From Moorena sp. SIO3A5 (GTDB lineage: Bacteria > Cyanobacteriota > Cyanobacteriia > Cyanobacteriales > Coleofasciculaceae), in the NCBI RefSeq assembly GCF_010672205.1, contig NZ_JAAHHD010000019.1, positions 31,963 to 95,962 of the forward strand: 64,000 nt of DNA, written 5' to 3'. The translations under genes and the position numbers were made by a program. How positions within the stretch are numbered: position 1 is the first letter of the stretch; each line of letters starts with the position of its first letter. Under the pieces are notes generated by a model that did no database searches, was not told the origin of the DNA, and saw only the letters and a list, made by a program, of their open reading frames with translations. Shown in pieces: positions 39,849-50,005 of the stretch.

Positions 39849-40283
39849 TCACCACAGGGAAACCAAACAGTCTTGCCGTAAATAATCGGTTAACTTCTTG
39901 AGGATGGATTCCTCTTCTTCCAGTTCAGTGATTAAGCACTGTTCTTGATCGCCACCGTGGACCTGTGAAGTTTTCTTGCCAAGGGTCTCTACATAAGCCA
40001 GATCTTTGATCTGGCTCAAACGCTGCCGTGCATTCAAGACTTTATTGCTATTGGTCATCATACTAGCTTGCTTCTGTAAGATCATGTCCCGGTTTTGTTT
40101 GAGCAAGCGGCTGTAGGTTCTAGAAGGCATGTAGTCTAGGGGGTTATGGCCTGCCAAGCGTAGCATTAACACACAAGCCCAAGAATATTTGCCATCAAGG
40201 ATGGCTTCCTCGATCTCGCTAAACTTATCAATATCCATCATTTTGTCGAGCTTGGTATTGGCAGAAGGAATACGATAGGTCAT
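39849..40283 (-). CDS. HetP-like protein (paralog 2)
   Basis: [34 protein letters not shown] core. Same position downstream of HlyD/PCAT as paralog 1. Confidence 0.5.
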   Translation of the reverse strand: MTYRIPSANTKLDKMMDIDKFSEIEEAILDGKYSWACVLMLRLAGHNPLDYMPSRTYSRLLKQNRDMILQKQASMMTNSNKVLNARQRLSQIKDLAYVETLGKKTSQVHGGDQEQCLITELEEEESILKKLTDYLRQDCLVSLW

Positions 40284-40455
40284 GGTTATTTCTTATCCTG
40301 TAAGTCTAAAGGTCAATAGTTTATAAGCTGGGGTGCAGTTAACTTGCAGATTTCAAGGAATTACTAGCAAGTTGACTACTAAAAATTAACGGTCAACTGT
40401 TAACCGTCAACGGAAAACGATCAGTCAGTGATGAAAGTGATTTGAGAACAGAGCA

Positions 40456-42057
40456 CTATAGATCGATGCCGCTTTTTTGCAGTTGTCGCATCGGATCCAA
40501 TAAGAAATCGATAATCCGACGGCGGCGGATGATGATGTCAGCATTGGCGGTTTGACCAGCCTTAAACCGGATGATTTCATCCTCTTCAATCACATAGTCA
40601 CGGTCGAGGGACACTTTCACCTTATAGACTGAACCCATTACTTGATCGGCTTTAGCATCGGAAGAGATGGAAATCACCGTGCCTTTGATGATGCCGTAAT
40701 CCTGATAGGGATAGGCATCAAATTTCACTTGCACCGCCATTCCTTCGTTAATAAACCCTGCCTCGCGAGTAGGCAAACTTGCGGATAGCACTAAGGGGGC
40801 ACCTTGAGGAGCGATTTCGGCGATGCTACGTCCCGGTTGCACGACTTCACCAGCATTACCAATGTTGAGGGAAGATATTATCCCATCCACTGGCGCTTTG
40901 AGAAACTTCTGTTTGAGCCTGGTTTTAGCAGTAGTAACCAGGGTTTCATTTTCAGAAATTCTAGCTTTGATTTGGGTCAGTTCCACTTCCAACTGTTGAA
41001 TTTTCTGCTGTGCTTCCAGGCGAGTGGTGCGTCCCGTTGCTTGCCGATGCTCTAATTCTGCCTCTAGTCGCTTAATTTCTGCTAAAGTTTGTTGTAGCTC
41101 ACCTCGGCTTTGGCTAGTCGCCGCTTCGCGATCGCGTATACTTTGCTGAGCTTGAAAGATCTGTTCGCGAGTACTCAAACCCTCTTGCAGTTTGCTTTCG
41201 GTAACAGCACTTTGGCTAGCACGAAAGCTTTGTTCTGCTTGAAATACCTGTTCTTTCGAGATTGCTCCTTCTGCCAACAGAGGCTTAAGGTTATCGAGTC
41301 GTTCCTTGAGAGCCACTACATTAGCCCGCCGTTGCTGGAGCAGTTCTTGGGCTGTCGCCTGCACCAGCTTCATCCGTTGTAATCGTTCGCGATTAGCAGC
41401 TTTAGCTAACTGATGTTGAATGATTTGTTGTCTAATTGCCGATGCACTAGCTTGTGCTCGTGCGATCGAAGCTTGTTGTGCTTGAACTTCTGCTTGGGTA
41501 ATCTGCTCACGAGTTTCTACTTCTAGACGGGTTCTTTCAAGCAGTCCTTGCATCTGAACTAACCTAATCCGGTCTGCATTAAGAACTTTCTCTAAACGTT
41601 CTACTTCCTGAGTGGCAAGCTCTGTATCCAGTTCCACCAAGACTTCCCCAGCTTTAACCGCTTGCCCTTCTTTGACCTTAATACTAGCAATCTTGCCTGG
41701 CTCAATCGGGTCAACTTTATAAACGTCGCCTTTTGGCACTAAGCTTCCATGAGCTTTACCGACTTCATCAATCTGCCCAAACGTTGCCCAAGCCACAAAT
41801 ATCGTACAGAAGCTTAATCCACCCAACATCAAGAGCCGGGGAAGGTTCGCCGGAGGCTGGTCGAGGGTAGTTTGTATCGAGGTTGACCATTTGGACGTAC
41901 TAGGAGCATTGGCAGTATTGCTTCCTACCTCTGTGCTGGGTGAGCCTGGCTCTTGGTCATAATCAGGTCTCAGGCGACCTGATGGCATTAAAACGACGTT
42001 ACCCTGACGACTCGTAGCCGCCTCAGGTGGGGAGTTGATTGGTTTTGCTTGTGTCAT
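40456..42057 (-). CDS. HlyD-family secretion adaptor protein (paralog 2)
   Basis: About 70% identical to 27543-29177 over the TM, coiled-coil and beta domains. Confidence 0.85.
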   Translation of the reverse strand: MTQAKPINSPPEAATSRQGNVVLMPSGRLRPDYDQEPGSPSTEVGSNTANAPSTSKWSTSIQTTLDQPPANLPRLLMLGGLSFCTIFVAWATFGQIDEVGKAHGSLVPKGDVYKVDPIEPGKIASIKVKEGQAVKAGEVLVELDTELATQEVERLEKVLNADRIRLVQMQGLLERTRLEVETREQITQAEVQAQQASIARAQASASAIRQQIIQHQLAKAANRERLQRMKLVQATAQELLQQRRANVVALKERLDNLKPLLAEGAISKEQVFQAEQSFRASQSAVTESKLQEGLSTREQIFQAQQSIRDREAATSQSRGELQQTLAEIKRLEAELEHRQATGRTTRLEAQQKIQQLEVELTQIKARISENETLVTTAKTRLKQKFLKAPVDGIISSLNIGNAGEVVQPGRSIAEIAPQGAPLVLSASLPTREAGFINEGMAVQVKFDAYPYQDYGIIKGTVISISSDAKADQVMGSVYKVKVSLDRDYVIEEDEIIRFKAGQTANADIIIRRRRIIDFLLDPMRQLQKSGIDL

Positions 42058-42559
42058 GGTGGTAGATCACGCTAAATTAACATTTTAGGGAAATGACCAA
42101 TGTTTTGGGAAAGAAAGCGACCAATTCTCGTGCTGCCCTTAGCTTCCCGGGGTGAGTTTGGTATTGTTGGGCAGGCCGAAATCTTTGGCATTACCTGACT
42201 CTACTTGCCCCTTTTTCAGATAGCTTCAATGCACCCCGAGATCAGAACTTAAACCCTTCCCCTTTAAGTAGCCGTCGGTCGGTCAAACCTATTGCCTGAG
42301 CACGCTGTGAGGTGTGGACTTGAGCAGGACTGACCCTAGGGTTAGGCTCTCCAAGTTACCTGCGTCTCACCTTTAGTGGGGTGCATGGGAATGAATTAAA
42401 CAAAGGAATTGGAATTAAACTCTCCGGTGAGTGTGCGTCATGGAGAATTCTCAGGGGATTCTAAACGGTGGTTACGAAATGGGTGTGGAGCCATATCTGA
42501 ACACGTTTTCATCCCCTTATATTCACACAGGGCTTTTCCACTTTTCTGATAAAAGATCA

Positions 42560-42860
42560 ATTTCATCTGAGTATGTTGCTAAATTGGCAGATTTTTGGCA
42601 GCTTTTTACAAAGCTTGACATAGTGATAGCTAGCTTCAAATTTCATTAATTATTAGTCATTAGTCATTAGTCCTTTTCACATGACTGTGTTGCCAAATTG
42701 GCAAATTTTTACATAGTTTGATATAGTCATAGGTAGCTTCAAATTTTCTTAGTCATTAGTCCTTTGTGACTAACCAGGGTCTATGGGGATTTACAAATGA
42801 CTAATGACTAAATAACTAATAACTAATAACTAATGACTAATGAGCACTTGTTAACGATCT
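42560..42860. repeat. two ~100-bp tandem repeats plus ttagtcattagtcatt / aactaat heptamer arrays in an ~800-bp spacer between HlyD-2 and PCAT-2
   Basis: Read directly. The equivalent spacer in locus 1 is only ~170 bp. Confidence 0.75.
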
Positions 42861-42861
42861 A

Positions 42862-45800
42862 TTAAAGATCTAGCTGCTGCTGTGCTAGATGATAGTAAAG
42901 ACCTTGACGATCCATGAGTTCCTGATGGTTGCCTTTCTCGACCAGAACACCTCGGTCTAGGACAAGGATGCAGTCAGCATTGCGCACTGTAGAGAGGCGG
43001 TGGGCGATGATGAAGGTAGTGCGATCGCGACTAATGCGAGCTAAGTTTTGTTGAAAGCGGCGCTCGGATTCTGTATCTAGGGAGCTAGTCGCTTCATCCA
43101 GAATCAGAATCTTGGGGTTGCCCAATAGGGCTCGGGCTATGGCAATCCTTTGTCGCTGTCCACCAGAAAGGGTAGAGCCTCGCTCTCCTACTTTTGTATT
43201 ATATCCCAAAGTCATACCTTGAATAAAAGCATGAGCTTCTGCTAGTTTGGCTACCTCTACGGCTTCATCCAGGCTGAAATCCGGTCGGTAGAGAGTGATA
43301 TTTTCGACAATTGTCCCCGAGAACAAGAAACATTCTTGGGGTACCACACCCATTTGAGAACGCAAAGATTGGGGGGAAATATGGCGGATATCGTGTCCAT
43401 CTATCAAAATACGACCATTAGTCGGATGATAGAGACCTTGCAGTAGCTTCACCAAGGTACTCTTGCCAGAGCCACTGCGCCCCACTAGAGCAATGGTTTC
43501 TCCAGCCCTAATCTGTAGGGAAATATTCTGTAGGATATTGCGATCCTCATCCTCGGAGTATCGGAAGGTAACATCTTCCAATATTACATCACCCTTAATC
43601 TCAGGTAGAACCAACATTGGTTCTTGAGGATTCTCCTCTGGCTTAGCAGATAAGACATCATTAAGCCGTTCTACAGACACCAAGATTTCTTGAAACTCAT
43701 CCCAAAGATTCACTAGAGCCAAAATCGGACCAGTGACTCGGCCAATGAGCATATTAAACGCGACATACTGACCGATAGTAAGCTGCTCATTAATTACTAA
43801 GCTAGCGCCAAACCAAAGCAAAGCGGTGCTGCTGAGAGTATTAATTAGAGAACTAATTGACCCTAACCCGTTAGCCAGGTTTCTACCTTTAAATTGTACA
43901 TTCAACTGATTGGTGAGGCGATCTTCCCAGCGCCAGCGCACTTCTTGTTCCGAAGCCGCCGTTTTCACAGTAGCAACCCCTGACATCATTTCCACTAACA
44001 TAGAATTTTGTTGGGCTGCTTCTTTAAAGATTTCCCTGGACACCTGGCGTAGAAAGGGACTGGCAATCACAGTCAAGATGGCGATGGGGAAAATCGTTGC
44101 CAGCACCAGCAAGGTTAAGCGCCAATTGTAGTAGAGCATTAGTCCAATATAGACAAACACCATCACCACATCTAGCCAAGTCGCAATCGCTTGCTGAGTT
44201 ATAAAACCCTGAATTTTTCCAGTTTCCTGAATTCGGGTCAGGATATCCCCCACCTGGCGGGATTCAAAAAACTTCAGGGGTAAGGTCAGGGTATGGTTAA
44301 TGAAGCCACTGACGAAGGTGAGACTAAGCCGATTGGAAAAGTAGTCCAGCAAGTAGCGTCTGGTGAGACTAACCCCAATCGTCCAAAGGCCAAAGATGAT
44401 TAGACCAATGGAGAAGACATTGAGAGTGACAAGGCTTCTGTTAATAATCACCCGGTCAAGAATGATCTGGGTAAATAAGGGAGTAATCAGACCAAAAACC
44501 TGAAGGATGAGGGTAGCCAAGATAATTTGCAGCAGGACTGAGCGATGGGGCCATAGCAATCCCCAAAACGGCCCTAAAGAACGTTTGTCGCTGGGAGTAA
44601 TTGCTAGTTGGGGAGTTGGATCCAATAGCATGGCATACCCAGTCCAACTTTGGAGAAAGTCTTTGCGAGCAAGCGATCGCTTCCCCACTGCTGGATCGGC
44701 AACGAGTACCTTATTACCCTTTACCTGGTAGACAACAATATAGTGATCTCCTTGCCAGTGAGCAATCCAAGGATTACTCCGATCCGCTAAGCGACCTAAA
44801 GAAGCCCTGACTGGACTAGCTTGAAACCCTAAACTTTCCGCTGCTTTAGCTAAACCTTTGAGGGATGAACCAGAACGACCCACTCCCGCCAGTTCCCGCA
44901 GGGAGTTGAGAGCAAAGCGTTTGCCCCAATACTGCCCAATCATGGCTAAGCAGGCAGCACCACAATCAGAAGAAGCTTGCTGCTCAATAAAAGGATAGCG
45001 CTGCCAAAACCTTAGGAATCTCCCACCCGGCTTTGCTGGTTTGGGAAAATCAAAGCTTTCTGACTGACTGGGTTCAAGGGGCGTTTGTTGCTTAGGAGTT
45101 TCTAAAACTCGCCGAGTCGGTCGTGCTCTAGTCTGGTTTGCATGTGGTGACGGAGTATGGGTCTTGTTAACTACGCCTTGATCCGATGGAGATTTACCGT
45201 CACCATTTTTAGCACTTTGCCTGTTCTCCTGATCCGGTGACTCGGTGGAGTTAGCCAAAACTGGTGCGATCGCGCAAGCCGCTTGCCAATGCTCTTGAGG
45301 CAGCTGGTAAAGCAATACATCAGTTTGGGCAATCCAATCTGTGGGTACTGGCATCGGATATCCCCAACTTTCTCCGATGCTAGGAAATGGAGCAGAGGAA
45401 TTTGCCTCTGTTCCTTCTGGCGTTCCCATTTGACCACTACGTAGCCAGCAATGACCAGCTTGGGAAGAGGACACCAGAGACTCCCCAGCCTCAATGCGTG
45501 TTTCTACGATGTAGGGCAACAGTTGATTTATGGTAACACCGTTAAGCGATCGCAAATTGGTCAAAGTCTTGAAGAAAATTAGGCATTGCCGGTGCTGGGC
45601 TTGTTTCCCCAGGATTTCCGACCACTTTGGCAACCGTTCCAACCAAGGCAAGAGTTGATTTAGGGAAATACGAGCAACTTGTCCTGAACTCGCTGCGATC
45701 GCTCTGTAAGGATAGGATAGACTACCTAAGAGATCATAGGCACCAAAAGTTTCCCCTTCTTCGAGTACCTGTATGGAAACCTCCCGCTGTTTTTCAGCAT

Positions 45801-46089
45801 CAAAGCCTAGTAGTCGTACCCGACCCTGACAAACTAGGTAAAGATATTGGTGATCTTGTTCAATCTCAACAGAATCTTGGGATAGCTCTGGTTTAGTATA
45901 GGCAAGGATTTTATCCCCTAGCTGGAAGTGATCAAGGTCAAATGATTGACTAAATTCGTAGTTGAGCTTTGGATCGACTGAGTCTAGGGTCAAGCTTTGA
46001 AGCACCACTGATAAATTGCTAGCAGGGTCTGGGTTGATAGAAGACGGTGGTTTACTAGGCTCTGCTGAATCCCTGATTATATTCTTCAT
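42862..46089 (-). CDS. HetC-like PCAT with N-terminal cNMP-binding-like domains (paralog 2)
   Basis: C39 motif SSDCGAACLAMIGQYWGKRF; GRSGSGKST / LSGGQRQR ABC motifs; about 75% identical to 29348-32560 over the C39-TMD-NBD region. Confidence 0.85.
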   Translation of the reverse strand: MKNIIRDSAEPSKPPSSINPDPASNLSVVLQSLTLDSVDPKLNYEFSQSFDLDHFQLGDKILAYTKPELSQDSVEIEQDHQYLYLVCQGRVRLLGFDAEKQREVSIQVLEEGETFGAYDLLGSLSYPYRAIAASSGQVARISLNQLLPWLERLPKWSEILGKQAQHRQCLIFFKTLTNLRSLNGVTINQLLPYIVETRIEAGESLVSSSQAGHCWLRSGQMGTPEGTEANSSAPFPSIGESWGYPMPVPTDWIAQTDVLLYQLPQEHWQAACAIAPVLANSTESPDQENRQSAKNGDGKSPSDQGVVNKTHTPSPHANQTRARPTRRVLETPKQQTPLEPSQSESFDFPKPAKPGGRFLRFWQRYPFIEQQASSDCGAACLAMIGQYWGKRFALNSLRELAGVGRSGSSLKGLAKAAESLGFQASPVRASLGRLADRSNPWIAHWQGDHYIVVYQVKGNKVLVADPAVGKRSLARKDFLQSWTGYAMLLDPTPQLAITPSDKRSLGPFWGLLWPHRSVLLQIILATLILQVFGLITPLFTQIILDRVIINRSLVTLNVFSIGLIIFGLWTIGVSLTRRYLLDYFSNRLSLTFVSGFINHTLTLPLKFFESRQVGDILTRIQETGKIQGFITQQAIATWLDVVMVFVYIGLMLYYNWRLTLLVLATIFPIAILTVIASPFLRQVSREIFKEAAQQNSMLVEMMSGVATVKTAASEQEVRWRWEDRLTNQLNVQFKGRNLANGLGSISSLINTLSSTALLWFGASLVINEQLTIGQYVAFNMLIGRVTGPILALVNLWDEFQEILVSVERLNDVLSAKPEENPQEPMLVLPEIKGDVILEDVTFRYSEDEDRNILQNISLQIRAGETIALVGRSGSGKSTLVKLLQGLYHPTNGRILIDGHDIRHISPQSLRSQMGVVPQECFLFSGTIVENITLYRPDFSLDEAVEVAKLAEAHAFIQGMTLGYNTKVGERGSTLSGGQRQRIAIARALLGNPKILILDEATSSLDTESERRFQQNLARISRDRTTFIIAHRLSTVRNADCILVLDRGVLVEKGNHQELMDRQGLYYHLAQQQLDL

Positions 46090-46523
46090 ATGTTAAACAT
46101 TGAAAATTGATTTTTAACAATTAACCATTTACAATTAACCATTTATAATGAACTACATTTATTTATCTAATAACTTAGTTTTTGTCAAGTCATTAACCGG
46201 CTAGTTACCAATAATTCACAAAAAATTCACAAATACTTTAAGTAAACTTCATCGAAACTTTAAATTCCCCCTAGAGCATCTGGTGTAAAGTAAACCCATA
46301 AGGGTTGGGGAAAGGGAGATAGGAGGTCAAGTCATCAGCCAGCTCATCAAGCCAATAGATGTCAGCTAGATCTAAGCAGATAGTGCGGTTGATGCGAGTG
46401 CAGTTCAACAGATTAAACGGGAAGACGTTGAAAACTAGGCTCTGCATCAATAATCAATCAAACTGACCTAGGCAGGTGGTTAACTTCAGACTTGATGAAT
46501 CTCCCAACTTTCCCTAACCCTGA

Positions 46524-46838
46524 CTAGACCTTACTAACAACCTGTGATTGTGAGACAGGGGTTTTGCCAACTGGATGCTTACCAGATTGACTATTTTCTT
46601 TGATTAAGCGATTGTAGGTTCGGTAAGGGATGTAATGGAGGGGGTTGTAACCAGAAAAACGCAGAACTAACACACAAGCCCAAGAATACTTGCCCGCGAT
46701 GATAGCTTCTACGACCTGGTTAAGCTGCTCATTATTCATGACTTGTTCAGAGCTCGTAGAGGTTGACGTTGGTTGAGATGTTCTACTAGTTGATGGTCTA
46801 CTAGTTATTGAGAGTAATTTTTTGGCCATGGTAGTCAC
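46524..46838 (-). CDS. HetP-like protein (paralog 3) with an N-terminal Ser/Thr-rich extension
   Basis: [41 protein letters not shown] is a match to my recollection of the HetP N-terminal domain. It is located just upstream of PCAT-2. Confidence 0.55.
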   Translation of the reverse strand: MTTMAKKLLSITSRPSTSRTSQPTSTSTSSEQVMNNEQLNQVVEAIIAGKYSWACVLVLRFSGYNPLHYIPYRTYNRLIKENSQSGKHPVGKTPVSQSQVVSKV

Positions 46839-47106
46839 CCAGAATTAACGACATCATGTAATGGTCTATACCCAACTGGCAAAGGGAAGTTGCCAGTTCA
46901 CCGGGGTAATAATTAAGCCTTGGAACAGGTTTTGGATTATTGCAATTGAACCACGTAGCTGACTATGGGCTTTTAGCTCATAGTTGTTTGTCTAAACTTT
47001 GTATAAACACGCTTTGTATAAACACTTAAGCTACTACAAACTAGCGTGGGGGACAATAACAAACTCTCAACCCAAGGATTAATCGGTGGAATATGTTGAG
47101 GCTCAC

Positions 47107-47658
47107 TCACTCAACATATTCCACCATGATCATTGGCCACAATCGATTTAACAACTGCTGGAGTAGAACCGACTTGAGTTTGAGATCGATTACCAATCTA
47201 AATACTTGCCAGTGGGGTTGAGTTTTCCCAATCAGCCCCATATGAGTCCCTTGTAATGTGGGCAGCTCAGTGATTGCAGTTATGTCACAAAATACTTTCA
47301 GGAGATTGAACATCCCTTGCAGTAAGCTGATTGCCCCCTTTTTTGCTCCCACCGAGACTGATACGTTTGACGATAGCACATCATTCCGGAAGCTGCTATC
47401 GTGTTCAATGCCTTCAGTGCCAACACCAGTGTCGGAGGTGTCAGATGTAAGAACCCTCAGCAATCGGTTCGAGATAGTTAACCCACAGCACTGCCAGCTA
47501 TGGCTAGGGTCGTCAGTGGGATTTAAACCTACTGCTTTTAGGTTCAATTTGCTAAGCACCCCTGAAAACCTCTTAGTAAAAAGCTGGATTAGAGAACGCG
47601 GCGATGGCTTCCGCTTTCCTAATGGTATGTTCATGAGTCTGTCGGATGATTTTTTCAA
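47107..47658 (-). CDS. hypothetical protein. It overlaps an antisense ORF (47258-47731 +) and it is uncertain which strand, if either, is the real gene. A perfect 15-bp-stem palindrome (47085-47127) sits at its 3' end
   Basis: ORFs only; no recognisable motifs. The palindrome was read directly. Confidence 0.2.
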   Translation of the reverse strand: MKKSSDRLMNIPLGKRKPSPRSLIQLFTKRFSGVLSKLNLKAVGLNPTDDPSHSWQCCGLTISNRLLRVLTSDTSDTGVGTEGIEHDSSFRNDVLSSNVSVSVGAKKGAISLLQGMFNLLKVFCDITAITELPTLQGTHMGLIGKTQPHWQVFRLVIDLKLKSVLLQQLLNRLWPMIMVEYVE

Positions 47659-48969
47659 AGTTGATGCTGTTGTGACACCTAATGTTACACCTAATTTTTC
47701 ACAATACCAGAGGCTTGCCTACATAGAGTAAGCGCAGATGAGCGTGAAATATTGATCCTATTTCAGGCCAGTTACAACAACAAAAAATACAAACCCTCTT
47801 TAAATTCCTCTGTCTTTAGACAGAAAAATTTTATGTTGTCTGGAGTAAATCCCCAAACACCTAGACACCGAAACAGATGAGCACCTGAATTTACCAATAT
47901 TATAGAGTTTTTATCTAGAGTTTCTGTGTGGCTAACTGCTGAGCTGAACGATTTGAGTATATCTACTCAGCCTTAGCTCCATAACGGCGATGGCGTCTAA
48001 CCTGAAGTAGTTACAAGTTCTATTCAAAAAGCTGGCCGAGTGAGCTGAAACAATAAAATCAAGCTTCTTGAGCATAGTTACCCTCTTTGATTCTTTCAAA
48101 AAAGACAAATCCAAAATTGGATTGGTTTGGCTGTCAGGTTGATGAAGTTATATTTCACGCCGATGATCTTGAACCTGAAACTTTGTTCATCTACAAAAGG
48201 AAATCTAGTAAATTCAAGGGGTAATTGTCAAGCGAAAACTCACATTTCTTTTCTACATTCACATTTTGTTCATATTTTCTTCACAAAATTACCAAATTTA
48301 CGCAAATTTCACACAATCTTCACGTAATCTTGAGTAAGCTGAGAAGGAAATCTAGGACCTATATGTCACCCTGCTCAACTTAAAGATAACTTTAATCAAA
48401 TCTTTACTATATGTTTACTAAATCTTGCTCCACCCCCAATGTAAATTTTTGTGACAAATATCATGGTCAATCTGCCCCCTCTGTCCCCTCTTCGGGTCTA
48501 TTCTCCCTCTAGGGTTACTGAACTAAGGAACTCCGTCAAGTGTAGTCGGGTCAGTGACCAATTCCCAATTCCCAATTCCCAATTACCTTCAATCATTGCA
48601 TGAATCAGCAACGCCCTCCCTCTTGCCGATCGTCTTGGCTTTATGACGTCATAGAGATTGTGATAGTTGAACAAGGGGGGTGGCATCAGGGTAAGCGCAA
48701 GAATCAATAAGCTGTAGCTTATTGAGAAAAAACTGGGTTCATTATCAACTATTAAACTCTATTGAGAATCAAGTTCTACGAGATTATAGGGGTTTCGAGC
48801 CACGATCAACCGATATCCAGCCAATGCACATTATGGGCAATTTTTTCTGGCGCTTACCCTGGGGGTGGCATCAGGGAAAGGCAACCACAACATTGACTCA
48901 TCTGTTCCGTTTATACCCCGTCGAAGTGTTAAAATCAACCATCATCTGTATTTTTACTAACCTATTCCT

Positions 48970-49437
48970 ATGAGGCGGTTAAGACAACTCTTCCAAAAAC
49001 TTAGAAATGCAGGCAAAGATGAGAATTTTTTATACGGGCTAAATCTGTTCGAGGGTTTTGTTTCCAAAGTTCTCTCTTTGGTGATGGTGGTGGTAATATT
49101 GGTTGCACTTAGAAGCCTAGTTATCTCACTAGTTAAAGAAATAACCAATCCAGAAGCAATAGTTTTGAGCAAAACACTTTTCAAAATATTTGGACTGTTT
49201 CTAAATATTCTCATTGCACTAGAAATTTTAGAGAATATAACCGCTTATCTGCGAAAACATGTTATTCAACTTGAGTTAGTTGTTGTTACGTCTTTAATTG
49301 CCGTTGCCCGTAAAATCATTATTCTTGACCTGGAAAAAACTTCTGGAAGCCAGGTAATTGGATTAGCAATTGCCATTATATCTCTATCAATTAGTTACTG
49401 GATTATCCGCAGTACTAGCACAAGAAAACTTCATTAA
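48970..49437 (+). CDS. PsiE-family (phosphate-starvation-inducible E-like) membrane protein
   Basis: Four hydrophobic helices with the conserved LEILENITAYLR segment. Confidence 0.5.
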   Translation: MRRLRQLFQKLRNAGKDENFLYGLNLFEGFVSKVLSLVMVVVILVALRSLVISLVKEITNPEAIVLSKTLFKIFGLFLNILIALEILENITAYLRKHVIQLELVVVTSLIAVARKIIILDLEKTSGSQVIGLAIAIISLSISYWIIRSTSTRKLH

Positions 49438-49922
49438 TGAATAAGATTGAGAAGACTATGACTAATTTTTTCCAATTTGAAACGGATTTTGTGGATTCTT
49501 TACGGTGCATTCCTATGCAAGTGCGGATGAAATTAGATACTTGCGGCATCAAACTTAACCTGAGCCACTGGCATCAGTTTAATCAACACGAGCGTCAACA
49601 ACTGGTAGAGATACCCTGCACTACGACTGAGTCAATCCAAAAGTATGGAGACTATGTTCAACACCTAGTTATAAACTATACAGGAAAACCGGCTTCTAAT
49701 TTACCTGTTGACCCCCAAGCTCCCTGGATGAATTCTCAGGTAATTCCATCTACCGTGGCGGAAAAAGCTATGGAATTTGGAGTTGTAGTAACTACTCAAC
49801 AGTGGGCAGCACTAACTCCTATCCAACGTTTTGCCCTGATTAAACTGACGCGCCCTAGTCATGAAAACAAAAACTTTTTACCAGCACTAAAGGAATTCCA
49901 ATTAGTTTTTGTTAACCGTTAA
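49437..49922 (+). CDS. nitrate-reductase-associated-family protein (small conserved cyanobacterial protein)
   Basis: FQFETDFVDSLRCIPMQVRMKLDTCGIKLNLSHWHQFNQHERQQL is my recollection of the family signature. The start overlaps the psiE-like stop (TAATG), suggesting translational coupling. Confidence 0.45.
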   Translation: MNKIEKTMTNFFQFETDFVDSLRCIPMQVRMKLDTCGIKLNLSHWHQFNQHERQQLVEIPCTTTESIQKYGDYVQHLVINYTGKPASNLPVDPQAPWMNSQVIPSTVAEKAMEFGVVVTTQQWAALTPIQRFALIKLTRPSHENKNFLPALKEFQLVFVNR

Positions 49923-50005
49923 CCTACCCAACAAGGGACGCCTACGGCGAACACCCTTCAACAAATTCAGACCAAGTCAAATATGCCCCTTAAATCTGGA
50001 TTAGC

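Noticed and set aside
42431-42649. 72-aa ORF in the HlyD-2/PCAT-2 spacer
   Set aside because: It lies on the opposite strand to the operon within tandem repeats and has no motifs.
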